Shown here: positions 7,814 to 16,549 of the stretch, piece by piece
Numbering within the stretch: the first letter of the stretch is position 1
How the letters are laid out: each line of letters opens with the position of its first letter
Virus record (IMG/VR): IMGVR_UViG_3300008255_000278
Location: 1 to 35,391 of that record
DNA from: a virus
Taxonomy: Duplodnaviria; Caudoviricetes
Direction: 5' to 3' (one strand)
DNA length: 35,391 nucleotides
Position numbers and translations under genes: made by a program
Notes under the pieces: model-generated
What the model saw: only the letters and a program-made list of their open reading frames with translations
Database searches by the model: none
What the model was told of the DNA's origin: nothing

Positions 7814-9956
7814 CGATTGCTATATGGGTAATCCGCTCGTCAAAGCTGATGGGGTTACTCATAATTTCACCCAAAAGGAAGTTGATGAATACGTTAAGTG
7901 TTCAAAGAGTCCTGTATACTTTGCCACCAACTACATGAAGATCATCAACCTTGATCGAGGTCTTGTTCCATTCGAGCCATATTCGTACCAACGAAAACTA
8001 CTTCGACATATGAATAAGAATCGTTTCTCAGTTATTCTTGCATGTAGACAAAGTGGAAAATGCCAGCATTTAAATACTAATATCAAAATAAGGCATAAAG
8101 AAACGCATTATGAAGAAAATATTACTATTGGCGAATTCCACAAAAGAATTGAAGAAAGCCTGCAACACAATAAAGAACCAAACGAACCAGAAATCCAGAT
8201 TACAGCACCGGTTATGGGCTATACACGGGCCGGCGATAGTAAGCTTATACGACAGTATCTTCCCAAGATTCTCAAGCAAACTGCCAAGCCAGAAGATAAC
8301 ACTCTTATTGGCAGAGCTCGAACGCTCCGAAGCATTCACTGCACTACCAGATTATCAGATACTATTGAACGCAAATTTACAGAATCATTCCGAGTCAGTG
8401 ATTATTTAGTCTGGACAGATACTGGTTGGGAACCAATAGTAGCATCGAATAAGACAATACCGTATCGCCTTTGGACTATTACTCTTGATAATGGGCTATC
8501 CATTATATGCGCTGATACTCATATTCTAATGACACCGGCCGGTTTAGAAGTGTTTGCAAAAGATTCTAAAGGTGTAACTATACATACCGAAAATGGCCCT
8601 TCAAAGGTGTGCTCGGTAATTGAAGAGAATACTGAAGAAAGCATGTATGATCTTTCGATAAATTCTATCAATCACACGTATTACGCAAATGGTATTCTCA
8701 GTCATAATTCTATCAGTGCAGTCACCTATCTTTTATGGGTGGCGTTATTCCAACCTGAGCAAACTATTGCTATTCTAGCTAACAAGGCCAGCGTAGCAAA
8801 GGAAATGCTTTCGCGAATTACGCTAGCACTAGAGAACATACCATTCTTTCTCCAGCCTGGATGTAAGGCTCTGAATAAGCTATCAGTTGAATTCTCTAAT
8901 AATTCACGCATCTTTGCGTCATCAACATCGTCGAGCTCAATCCGTGGTTATGCATGTGTAACCGCTGATACTGTAGTTACCCTCTGTAATGACGATGATG
9001 AGATATACCACACATCCATAGAAGCGTTGCAAACTTCTCTAGATATAAATAGTCCTATGCAATATATCATCTATAGAATCACCAATATCGTTAATCAGAA
9101 GGTGTATGTGGGATTTCATGGCACGCGGAATATTAATGATGGATATATGGGATCTGGAAAATTAATTAAACGTGCGATCGAGAAGTATGGTGTAAATAAT
9201 TTTACAAAAGAAGTGCTTGAAATATACACCGATAAAGATGAGGCTATAGCGCGGGAACGAGAAATAATAAACGAAGAATTTATTCTTCGAGACGATACAT
9301 ACAACTTATCGCTCGGCGGGAACGTCCTTGCACTGCCAGGAAGAATGAATCCATTTTTTGGCTGTACGCACACTGAAGCTTCGCGAAAGCTAATTGGTGA
9401 TGCTCATCGCGGCCATATTTCGCCCGGAAGGACCGCAGCTTTTATCGATGGTGAGATTGTTACAGGTTGGAAAGATATTGGCGAAAGGCTTAATCTAAAA
9501 TCACCTCGTGTAACATTCCCAAAGATTGCTGGAGATCCAACAAACGAGATTCGTTTTGTTGATGACTTTGAACAAGAGGCTGCCGAGAAAATGTTTTTCG
9601 CCTCTCAAAATAAAATAGATGGACGTAAAGAGTCTAGTTTAAAGGGTAAACGCAAATCGGTAGAGCACTGCCGGGCAATTTCAAGAGGATTAAGTGGTCT
9701 TTCTAAAAGCAAAGAGCATGTACGGAAGATTAATAATAGCGCAGAAAAAATTAGAAAAACGGCAGCGGCATTACGTGGGCAGAAGAGAACTGCAGAAAGC
9801 AAAAAGAAAATGTCGCTTGCTAAGATTGGTCGAACGCCTAGTAATAGGGGCAAAATGCACTTCTATAATCCTGTAAACACGATTGAATCTGGATACTATC
9901 TGATTGATGATGCCCCAAGTGGGTGGGTTAGGGGAATATCTAAATGCAAGTCTTGA
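7803..9956 (+). CDS. 17: Terminase large subunit N-terminal part (with contiguous intein 1, split-intein N-half and fused GIY-YIG endonuclease)
   Basis: Y.GNP, Walker A CRQSGK interrupted, ILANK...A.E; extein ends at SIRGYA. Confidence 0.9.
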   Translation: MTNNDCYMGNPLVKADGVTHNFTQKEVDEYVKCSKSPVYFATNYMKIINLDRGLVPFEPYSYQRKLLRHMNKNRFSVILACRQSGKCQHLNTNIKIRHKETHYEENITIGEFHKRIEESLQHNKEPNEPEIQITAPVMGYTRAGDSKLIRQYLPKILKQTAKPEDNTLIGRARTLRSIHCTTRLSDTIERKFTESFRVSDYLVWTDTGWEPIVASNKTIPYRLWTITLDNGLSIICADTHILMTPAGLEVFAKDSKGVTIHTENGPSKVCSVIEENTEESMYDLSINSINHTYYANGILSHNSISAVTYLLWVALFQPEQTIAILANKASVAKEMLSRITLALENIPFFLQPGCKALNKLSVEFSNNSRIFASSTSSSSIRGYACVTADTVVTLCNDDDEIYHTSIEALQTSLDINSPMQYIIYRITNIVNQKVYVGFHGTRNINDGYMGSGKLIKRAIEKYGVNNFTKEVLEIYTDKDEAIAREREIINEEFILRDDTYNLSLGGNVLALPGRMNPFFGCTHTEASRKLIGDAHRGHISPGRTAAFIDGEIVTGWKDIGERLNLKSPRVTFPKIAGDPTNEIRFVDDFEQEAAEKMFFASQNKIDGRKESSLKGKRKSVEHCRAISRGLSGLSKSKEHVRKINNSAEKIRKTAAALRGQKRTAESKKKMSLAKIGRTPSNRGKMHFYNPVNTIESGYYLIDDAPSGWVRGISKCKS
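8061..8708 (+). mobile_element. Intein 1 (216 aa, contiguous) in TerL Walker A
   Basis: GK/CQHLNT start; block B CADTH; block F MYDLSI; block G YYANGILSHN followed by Ser+1. Confidence 0.92.
8955..9056 (+). mobile_element. Split intein 2, short N-fragment (about 34 aa)
   Basis: Block A CVTADTVVTL...TSIEAL directly after SIRGYA. Confidence 0.85.
9044..9051 (+). promoter_or_regulatory. Late promoter inside terL for the GIY-YIG ORF
   Basis: TATAAATA with 5 nt before in-frame ATG 9057. Confidence 0.7.
9057..9956 (+). CDS. GIY-YIG (Seg-like) homing endonuclease with NUMOD3-like repeats
   Basis: YIIYRITNIVNQKVYVG.H...DGYMGSG...AI.KYG..NF.KE; YN; NPFFG..HT; basic repeat tail. Confidence 0.88.
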   Translation: MQYIIYRITNIVNQKVYVGFHGTRNINDGYMGSGKLIKRAIEKYGVNNFTKEVLEIYTDKDEAIAREREIINEEFILRDDTYNLSLGGNVLALPGRMNPFFGCTHTEASRKLIGDAHRGHISPGRTAAFIDGEIVTGWKDIGERLNLKSPRVTFPKIAGDPTNEIRFVDDFEQEAAEKMFFASQNKIDGRKESSLKGKRKSVEHCRAISRGLSGLSKSKEHVRKINNSAEKIRKTAAALRGQKRTAESKKKMSLAKIGRTPSNRGKMHFYNPVNTIESGYYLIDDAPSGWVRGISKCKS

Positions 9957-10237
9957 GCAAAAATGGCTTCAAAGATTTTGAATGCATTGCTAATCAGGGT
10001 GAATCTAGATTGCTGTTAAGAATTTCCTTTGAAGATGGCACATGCATTAAATGCACTCATGATCATCTTTTGAAAGTTGATGGGGAATTTATTGCAGCAA
10101 TCTTTTTAGATATTGGAGATGTGTGCGATAACAAGATCATAGCTGATATATCTACTAGTGAAAATGAAGAAGTGTACGATTTGCTAAATGTAGAGGATGG
10201 ATCTGAATATCTAACTAATGGAATCACTTCTCATAAC
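9944..10237 (+). mobile_element. Split intein 2, long C-fragment (98 aa)
   Basis: VLS.NGF..F, block B CTHDH, block F VYDLLNV, block G YLTNGITSHN followed by Cys+1. Confidence 0.9.
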
Positions 10238-11329
10238 TGTAATATCATTTTCCTTGACGAATTTGCGTTTGTTAAGAACGCTGCAGAGTTCTATACATCA
10301 ACATATCCCGTAATTTCATCGGGGCAAAATACAAAAGTTATCATCACCTCTACTGCAAATGGTATTGGTAACATGTTCTACAAGATATGGGAAGGTGCCG
10401 TCCAGAACTCTAGTGAATTCAAATCATTTCGAATTGATTGGTGGGACGTACCCGGCCGTGGTAAGAAGTGGATGCAACAAACGATTGCGAATACTTCCCA
10501 GCTACAGTTTGATCAAGAATATGGTAACTCATTTCATGGTAATGGTTCTACTCTAATTGCTGCTGAGAAACTTCTGGCCTTGCAGGCGCGCGAACCATTA
10601 AAGACTATGTATGATAACTGCCTACGAATATACGAACGACCTGAACAGGGGCATTTCTATGTAACAACTGTAGACGTATCGCAGGGTCGGGGGCAAGACT
10701 ACTCGGCATTCTCTGTTTTTGATGTTACTGCACGGCCGTTCAAACAGGTTGTAGCATACTCCAATAATAACATCTCGCCTCTGTTATTCCCTGATGTGAT
10801 AGTGAAGATTTCGCAGCAATATAATGAGGCTCTGCTACTGATTGAAAACAATGGCCCCGGCCAGGTTGTATGCAACTCAGTCTACTATGACTATGAGTAT
10901 GAGAATACGTATGTAGAATCAATGGTGAAGGCTGGGGGTATTGGTATAACCCAAACTAAGAGAACTAAGCGTCTCGGTATTTCTAATCTTAAAGATATAG
11001 TTGAAGGGGATCGACTTGAATTATATGACGCTAAAACTATAGCTGAACTTAGTGGCTTTGAAGAGAGTGGTGTTTCCTTTGAAGCACGAGATGGTATAAA
11101 TGACGATTTAGTCATGACTTTGGTTATCTTTAGTTGGTTTCTATCCTCAGCTAATGTTAGTAACTATGATGAAGTGGATATTAAGAAACTACTGTTTTCA
11201 GGAAAAGTAGACGTCATGAATGACGAACTATTAGAATTTGGCTTTGATTCAGATATGCATAGTGTGTATGTTCCTTCACCCGAAATGGCAAAGGTCATTC
11301 TGGATGCAGAACAGTGGTCGAACTTCTGA
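9944..11329 (+). CDS. 17: Terminase large subunit C-terminal part (split-intein C-half, Walker B, nuclease domain)
   Basis: After SHN/C: NIIFLDEFAF, IITSTANG, W.DVPGR, VDVSQGRGQDYS, DDLVM; AGGGG SD. Confidence 0.92.
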   Translation: MQVLSKNGFKDFECIANQGESRLLLRISFEDGTCIKCTHDHLLKVDGEFIAAIFLDIGDVCDNKIIADISTSENEEVYDLLNVEDGSEYLTNGITSHNCNIIFLDEFAFVKNAAEFYTSTYPVISSGQNTKVIITSTANGIGNMFYKIWEGAVQNSSEFKSFRIDWWDVPGRGKKWMQQTIANTSQLQFDQEYGNSFHGNGSTLIAAEKLLALQAREPLKTMYDNCLRIYERPEQGHFYVTTVDVSQGRGQDYSAFSVFDVTARPFKQVVAYSNNNISPLLFPDVIVKISQQYNEALLLIENNGPGQVVCNSVYYDYEYENTYVESMVKAGGIGITQTKRTKRLGISNLKDIVEGDRLELYDAKTIAELSGFEESGVSFEARDGINDDLVMTLVIFSWFLSSANVSNYDEVDIKKLLFSGKVDVMNDELLEFGFDSDMHSVYVPSPEMAKVILDAEQWSNF

Positions 11330-11333
11330 GAAG

Positions 11334-11341
11334 TATAAATA
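11334..11341 (+). promoter_or_regulatory. Late promoter (gp18)
   Basis: TATAAATA. Confidence 0.8.
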
Positions 11342-11406
11342 CAATTGTAATAGTGATTTACTTATAATGATTCTTATCATAAACAAAAAAGCGAAAAGGA
11401 AACACA

Positions 11407-13500
11407 ATGGCATTTCTAGTCTCACCCGGTGTTGAGGTAAAAGAAATTGATTTAACTGGCATTATTCCTGCCGTATCGACCTCTATTGGTGGTTACGCTG
11501 GACATTTTGACTGGGGTCCGATTGGCGATCTAGTGAACATCTCTGATGAAGCTGGACTTGCCGCAAATTTTGGAGCTCCGTCAATAGCGAATGCAGAATC
11601 ATTCTTCACAGCTGCAACGTTCTTACGTTACGGTAATACTCTATTAGTCTCTCGAGCAATCGATGAAAGCGCTGCAAAGAATGCAGCAAGCGGAGACGAA
11701 GACGGTATCGGAACACGTTTCCTAATTCGCAATATTAACCAGTACTCTAATGAGTTTGCTGCTAATACACTTCTAGCCAATTTTTATGCACGTTGCCCAG
11801 GAGCTTATGGCAATAGCCTCAAGATCATGGTTCAGCCTGCAGGCACGCCTACTCGATTCAATATCGAGCAACTTCAGGTTGTTACGTCAGGTACTGGTAA
11901 AGCTATCGAAATAGTTGTTACTGATCCCGATGGTTTGCTAGCCAATGGTACTCCTGTTGCGCTTCGATCAATTCGTTCTCGTCAGGATTGGATTAACGAC
12001 CTTGAGAATTCAAGTGTTGATTTCTATCTTGGAGCTCAGGATATTGATGCGTATGGTGTTACAACCTACAAGCTAATGACAAGCATTGATGAGTTCGGTG
12101 TTGGTACTGAATATGATCCTGATTCTGTCTATCCAGCTGGATGGGTTGGAACAGTGACGCCAGTTGATAGCGAGCCAGGTGCTCTTGTATTGACTCTGGG
12201 ACTTAATCGTGGTTTCCTATTCGCTGCTCCTGAAGCAGAGAATTTCGAGACAGTGTTTGCAAATGCTCCGGGAACTTCACAGTACGCTGCAGAGCATGGC
12301 ATTGAAAACGACGAAATCAACCTGCTGATTGTTGATGCCAATGGTGCATTCTCTGATCTATCTGGTTCTATCCTTGAACGTTGGAGTAATCTTTCAGTTA
12401 TTCCGGGTGCAAAGAGCGAAGATGGAAAGACGATTTACTACAAGGACGTAATCAACGCGGGATCGAAATATATCATCGCAGATAACGTTACTGGTATCGT
12501 TGATGGAGGTGATACTCCTGCGTCAAGTGATCCTGTTATTACTTCTAGCATCTCGTCAGGAACCGGTTCAATCTGGATCGCGCAACTTACGGGTGGAGCT
12601 AATGGTACTGCAACAGATGGAAACGTCTATGATGCTCTAGAACTACTTAGCGATGCTGAGTCAGTTGATGTTAATCTGCTTTTCGCAGAGAATGATTCAG
12701 AAGCAAGCATCACTGTAGCTAATCGTCTGATTCGTATTGTTGAAGGCCGCAAAGATTGCGTGGCGTTTATCTCGCCCGATCTTGAAGTAGCCGATCAATC
12801 AACCGATGACGCAAAGTTGGACAAGGTGCTATCGAAGTTTGAACGTCTTCCAAGTTCAAATTATGCAATCTTTGATTCAACGCCTATCTATGTGTACGAT
12901 AAGTATCATGATACGTATATCTGGTTGCCAGCATCTGGTGTAATGGCCGGCCTCTGCGCCCATACTGATGACGTACGAGATCCGTGGTGGTCTCCTGCTG
13001 GTTATAACCGTGGACAGTTGATTGGTGTATCAAAGATCGCCTATAATCCTCTGCAATCTCATCGGGATGCGCTATACAAATCACGGGTAAATCCGATTGT
13101 ATCGTTCCCAGGTGAAGGAATTATCCTTTATGGTGATAAGACCGCACAGGCTAAGCCTTCAGCGTTTGATCGCATTAATGTCCGCCGTCTATTCATTGTA
13201 ATTGAAAAGGCGATCTCGACAGCAGCTAAGTATTCGCTGTTTGAATTCAACGATGAATTCACACGTGCACAGTTTGTTAATATGATTGTGCCGTATCTAC
13301 GGGATGTTCAGGGCCGTCGTGGTATCACTGACTTTACTGTTGTTTGCGATAAGACAAATAACACTGGTGAGGTAATTGATTCCAGCCGATTCGTGGCTGA
13401 CATCTATATCAAACCTGCAAGATCGATCAACTTCATTACTCTTAACTTTGTAGCAACACGGACTAGTGTTGAGTTCAGCGAAGTTATTGGTAAGTTCTAA
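11407..13500 (+). CDS. 18: Tail sheath protein gp18
   Basis: SPGVEVKEIDL, WGP, PWWSPAGYNRG, FDRINVRRLF, IKPARSINFI. Confidence 0.97.
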   Translation: MAFLVSPGVEVKEIDLTGIIPAVSTSIGGYAGHFDWGPIGDLVNISDEAGLAANFGAPSIANAESFFTAATFLRYGNTLLVSRAIDESAAKNAASGDEDGIGTRFLIRNINQYSNEFAANTLLANFYARCPGAYGNSLKIMVQPAGTPTRFNIEQLQVVTSGTGKAIEIVVTDPDGLLANGTPVALRSIRSRQDWINDLENSSVDFYLGAQDIDAYGVTTYKLMTSIDEFGVGTEYDPDSVYPAGWVGTVTPVDSEPGALVLTLGLNRGFLFAAPEAENFETVFANAPGTSQYAAEHGIENDEINLLIVDANGAFSDLSGSILERWSNLSVIPGAKSEDGKTIYYKDVINAGSKYIIADNVTGIVDGGDTPASSDPVITSSISSGTGSIWIAQLTGGANGTATDGNVYDALELLSDAESVDVNLLFAENDSEASITVANRLIRIVEGRKDCVAFISPDLEVADQSTDDAKLDKVLSKFERLPSSNYAIFDSTPIYVYDKYHDTYIWLPASGVMAGLCAHTDDVRDPWWSPAGYNRGQLIGVSKIAYNPLQSHRDALYKSRVNPIVSFPGEGIILYGDKTAQAKPSAFDRINVRRLFIVIEKAISTAAKYSLFEFNDEFTRAQFVNMIVPYLRDVQGRRGITDFTVVCDKTNNTGEVIDSSRFVADIYIKPARSINFITLNFVATRTSVEFSEVIGKF

Positions 13501-13523
13501 GAACTAGGAAAGGAAAATAAAAC

Positions 13524-14057
13524 ATGTCTTTAGCAATAAATGACTTCAAAGCAAAAATGAGTGGCGGGGGAGCAAGAGCTAATCTGTTCTCTTGCATCAT
13601 CAACTCCCCAGGAGTAGCCGTCGGCAGCTGGCCTTCAGAACTTACGTCCTTCATGTGTAAGGGAGCTTCTCTACCAGCCAGTGTAATTGGTGAAGTAGCA
13701 GTTCCATTCCGTGGTCGTATAATGAAGATCGCGGGTGACCGTACATTCGAAAATTGGACTGCCACAATTTTCTGTGATCATGCATTCGAAATCAGAAATG
13801 CTTTCGAAAAATGGATGAACGCAATGAATGGTCATGAGACTGGCCTAATGGAGAAACTGAATCCGAGTGACTATCAGGCCCAGATCGTTGTAAATCAATT
13901 AGATCGTGCCGATGAGATCATCAAGACATACACCATTGAAGGTGCGTTCCCAATTAATTTGGGAGCTATTGAGCTTGGATATGATACCAATGACGCAATT
14001 GAAGAGTTCACGGTTGAGTTCGCTTATACCTATTGGACTTCTGATACGACTTCGTAA
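13524..14057 (+). CDS. 19: Tail tube protein gp19
   Basis: GGARANLF, FRGR..KIAGDRTF..W, IEEF.VEF.Y.YW. Confidence 0.96.
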   Translation: MSLAINDFKAKMSGGGARANLFSCIINSPGVAVGSWPSELTSFMCKGASLPASVIGEVAVPFRGRIMKIAGDRTFENWTATIFCDHAFEIRNAFEKWMNAMNGHETGLMEKLNPSDYQAQIVVNQLDRADEIIKTYTIEGAFPINLGAIELGYDTNDAIEEFTVEFAYTYWTSDTTS

Positions 14058-14077
14058 AGGACCATTAAATGTCAAAT

Positions 14078-14111
14078 CTATTAAGCCTCAGCTTCGGTTG
14101 AGGCTTAATAG
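14078..14111. terminator. Long hairpin with C(UUCG)G loop after gene 19
   Basis: CTATTAAGCCTCAGC-TTCG-GTTGAGGCTTAATAG. Confidence 0.7.
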
Positions 14112-14124
14112 TTTAGACGACTTG

Positions 14125-14132
14125 TATAAATA
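14125..14132 (+). promoter_or_regulatory. Late promoter (gp20)
   Basis: TATAAATA with 5 nt before ATG 14138. Confidence 0.8.
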
Positions 14133-14137
14133 AGAAT

Positions 14138-15694
14138 ATGGCAGATATAAGAAATAGTTATTGGGGATGGGGCGGTTTCGGGCAAGAAATCACCAAGTTC
14201 TTTGCTTCTAAAAAGAAGAAAGAAGTTGAGCGTGATATAGTTTCATTTGTGCCGAAGTCAACGGATGACGATGCTGATGCTATACTAGTAAGCGCTGGTG
14301 GATACTATGGCCACTATTTTGATGTCGCTGGTCTTGGGGGTACGCTTGGCGAAAGAGATCTAATCTATAGGTATCGTGCAGTATCCGAACAATCTGAAGT
14401 TGATGGCGCGATATCTGATATTGTAGATGAGGCTATTGCTTCACCTGATGAAGGATCTCCTGTTAAACTAAAAATGAACTCTAAAATCTTTAGCGATGAT
14501 ATTCGTAAGAAGGTATATGATGAGTTCGATAAAATTCTTGAACTATTAGAGTTTTCGAAATACGGTTATGATATATTCCGTCGTTGGTATATTGACGGCC
14601 GGTCGTATTTCCACGTGATTGTTGATCGGGATAAACCGCAGGATGGAATTCAAGAATTGCGGGCGCTTGATGCCGCTAAGATTCGAAGAGTTAAAGAGAT
14701 CCGAGAAGAGATTGATAAGCGGACCGGTGTTAAGGTCGCAGAGACAGTTGAAGATTTTTACGTCTTTACAGATCCTGAAGCAATCGCAGGGGGCGGAGTA
14801 ACTACCGGCGTGAAGATTGCAAAGGATGCTATTGCCGAAGTCAATAGTGGACTGATGGATGCTAAACGCAAAATCAGATTATCATATCTTCATAAGGCGC
14901 TAAAGGTTGTTAATCAGCTCCGCATCATGGAAGATTCTCTTGTTATTTACAGATTGGCCCGTGCCCCTGAACGCAGAATATTCTATGTTGACACTGGTAA
15001 TCTACCTCGAGGCAAAGCTGAAGAGTATATGCGGCAGGTAATGTCTAAGTATCGTAACAAGGTTGTATACGATGTAGAGACAGGTAGTATTAAAGACGAG
15101 CGCAAGCATATGAGTATGCTTGAAGATTTCTGGATTCCTAGACGTGAAGGTAATAGTAGTACCGAAGTCGAAACTCTTCCGGGTGGCGCAAATCTTGGTG
15201 ATATTGAAGATATTGAATACTTCAAGAAGCAACTGTACAAATCATTGAATGTTCCAGTTGGTCGTGCTGATCCCGAATCTGGATTCCCGGGTGGTACAGG
15301 TAGAGCAACTGAAATTACTCGAGATGAAGTTAAGTTCCAGAAGTTCATCAATCGTCTTCGCAAGAAGTTCTCGTATCTCCTTATTGATCTGCTTCATCAA
15401 CAGCTTCGGCTTAAGTCAATTATCACTGAAGCAGATTGGAAGAAGCTTGAGCAGGGTATCGTTATTGACTTCATTCAAGATAATTATTTCTATGAAGCTA
15501 AGCAATCTGAGATGCTTCAAGATAGACTAGCATTGCTGAGTACAATTGATCAATATGTTGGTAAGCACTTCTCTAAAGAATGGGTGCGTAAGAATGTACT
15601 ACTGCAAACCGATGATGAGATTGATATAATGCAAAAACAGATCGAGACCGAAACTAGCACAGCTGGTATTGATATAGAAAGTGAATTCAATTAG
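14138..15694 (+). CDS. 20: Portal protein gp20
   Basis: FRRWYIDGR, YRLARAPERRIFYVDTGNLP, EDFWIPRREG, ITRDEVKF. Confidence 0.97.
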   Translation: MADIRNSYWGWGGFGQEITKFFASKKKKEVERDIVSFVPKSTDDDADAILVSAGGYYGHYFDVAGLGGTLGERDLIYRYRAVSEQSEVDGAISDIVDEAIASPDEGSPVKLKMNSKIFSDDIRKKVYDEFDKILELLEFSKYGYDIFRRWYIDGRSYFHVIVDRDKPQDGIQELRALDAAKIRRVKEIREEIDKRTGVKVAETVEDFYVFTDPEAIAGGGVTTGVKIAKDAIAEVNSGLMDAKRKIRLSYLHKALKVVNQLRIMEDSLVIYRLARAPERRIFYVDTGNLPRGKAEEYMRQVMSKYRNKVVYDVETGSIKDERKHMSMLEDFWIPRREGNSSTEVETLPGGANLGDIEDIEYFKKQLYKSLNVPVGRADPESGFPGGTGRATEITRDEVKFQKFINRLRKKFSYLLIDLLHQQLRLKSIITEADWKKLEQGIVIDFIQDNYFYEAKQSEMLQDRLALLSTIDQYVGKHFSKEWVRKNVLLQTDDEIDIMQKQIETETSTAGIDIESEFN

Positions 15695-15703
15695 GAGATT
15701 ATT

Positions 15704-15865
15704 ATGCCAAACGAAAAAGTACGAGCAATGTTAGATTATATTACAAGAGGCGACGAGCAGATAGCAGGGGTTATCTTCAAAACAGTAACAACTGAAAAGC
15801 TCGAAACAGTTAAGAACAGCAAACGAATGGCTGTAGCATCAAAGATATTTAATAGAAAGGATTAA
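15704..15865 (+). CDS. Small prohead core protein (gp67-like)
   Basis: 53 aa MPNEKVRAML...ASKIFNRKD with AGGAG SD, between portal and protease; absent from the ORF track. Confidence 0.7.
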   Translation: MPNEKVRAMLDYITRGDEQIAGVIFKTVTTEKLETVKNSKRMAVASKIFNRKD

Positions 15866-15867
15866 TC

Positions 15868-16512
15868 ATGAAACTCATTACCGAATACCGAACCAATCTT
15901 AAGTATTTGACCGAAGCTAAGGCTAATGGTACAAAGGCTGTTATGATTGAAGGTATTTTCATGCAGGCTGAGACCGCTAACCGCAATAGGCGTGTGTACC
16001 CTCTAGATGTTCTCAAGAGAGCTGTGGATCAATATGTAACCGAGCAGGTTAATACAAACCGGGCTGTGGGCGAACTAAATCATCCAGATGGTCCTGCCAT
16101 CAATTTAGACAAGGTATCGCATAAGATAACTGAACTACGGTTTGAGGGTAATGATGTTATTGGTCGTGCTGAAGTTCTAAATACACCAATGGGTCGTATC
16201 GTAAAAGGTTTAATCGAAGGCGAAGTAGTTTTAGGTGTATCGAGTCGGGGTATGGGATCTGTTAAAGAACGCTCGGGCGTATCAGTTGTGCAAAATGACT
16301 ATAGTTTAGGAACAGTAGATATTGTGCAAGATCCTTCTGCACCGGGTGCCTTTATAAATGGTATCATGGAAGGGATCGAATGGATAAAAACCGAGGATGG
16401 TAGTTATCAGAAGTTTGCTGAAGACACAATGAAAATGATCCACAACACACCATCTAATCGTCTAGCAGAAGCTCAGCTCAAGGCTTGGGAGAACTTCCTA
16501 AAGCTTTTGTAG
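15868..16512 (+). CDS. 21: Prohead protease gp21
   Basis: IEGIFMQAE..NRN.RVY, GELNHP, GVSSRGMGS, DIVQDPSAP.A. Confidence 0.97.
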   Translation: MKLITEYRTNLKYLTEAKANGTKAVMIEGIFMQAETANRNRRVYPLDVLKRAVDQYVTEQVNTNRAVGELNHPDGPAINLDKVSHKITELRFEGNDVIGRAEVLNTPMGRIVKGLIEGEVVLGVSSRGMGSVKERSGVSVVQNDYSLGTVDIVQDPSAPGAFINGIMEGIEWIKTEDGSYQKFAEDTMKMIHNTPSNRLAEAQLKAWENFLKLL

Positions 16513-16523
16513 ATTTTAAGATG

Positions 16524-16531
16524 TATAAATA
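16524..16531 (+). promoter_or_regulatory. Late promoter (gp22)
   Basis: TATAAATA. Confidence 0.75.
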
Positions 16532-16549
16532 ACTATTGTAAGACAATTT

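Noticed and set aside
8955-9956. Group I intron as the explanation for the terL interruption
   Set aside because: Flanks are clear intein blocks, the nuclease ORF fills the whole interval, and I see no room for a ribozyme core.
9931-9956. Programmed frameshift joining the two terL ORFs
   Set aside because: TAA lies directly before ATG 9944 in the second frame, there is no slippery heptamer in the overlap, and an SD is present.
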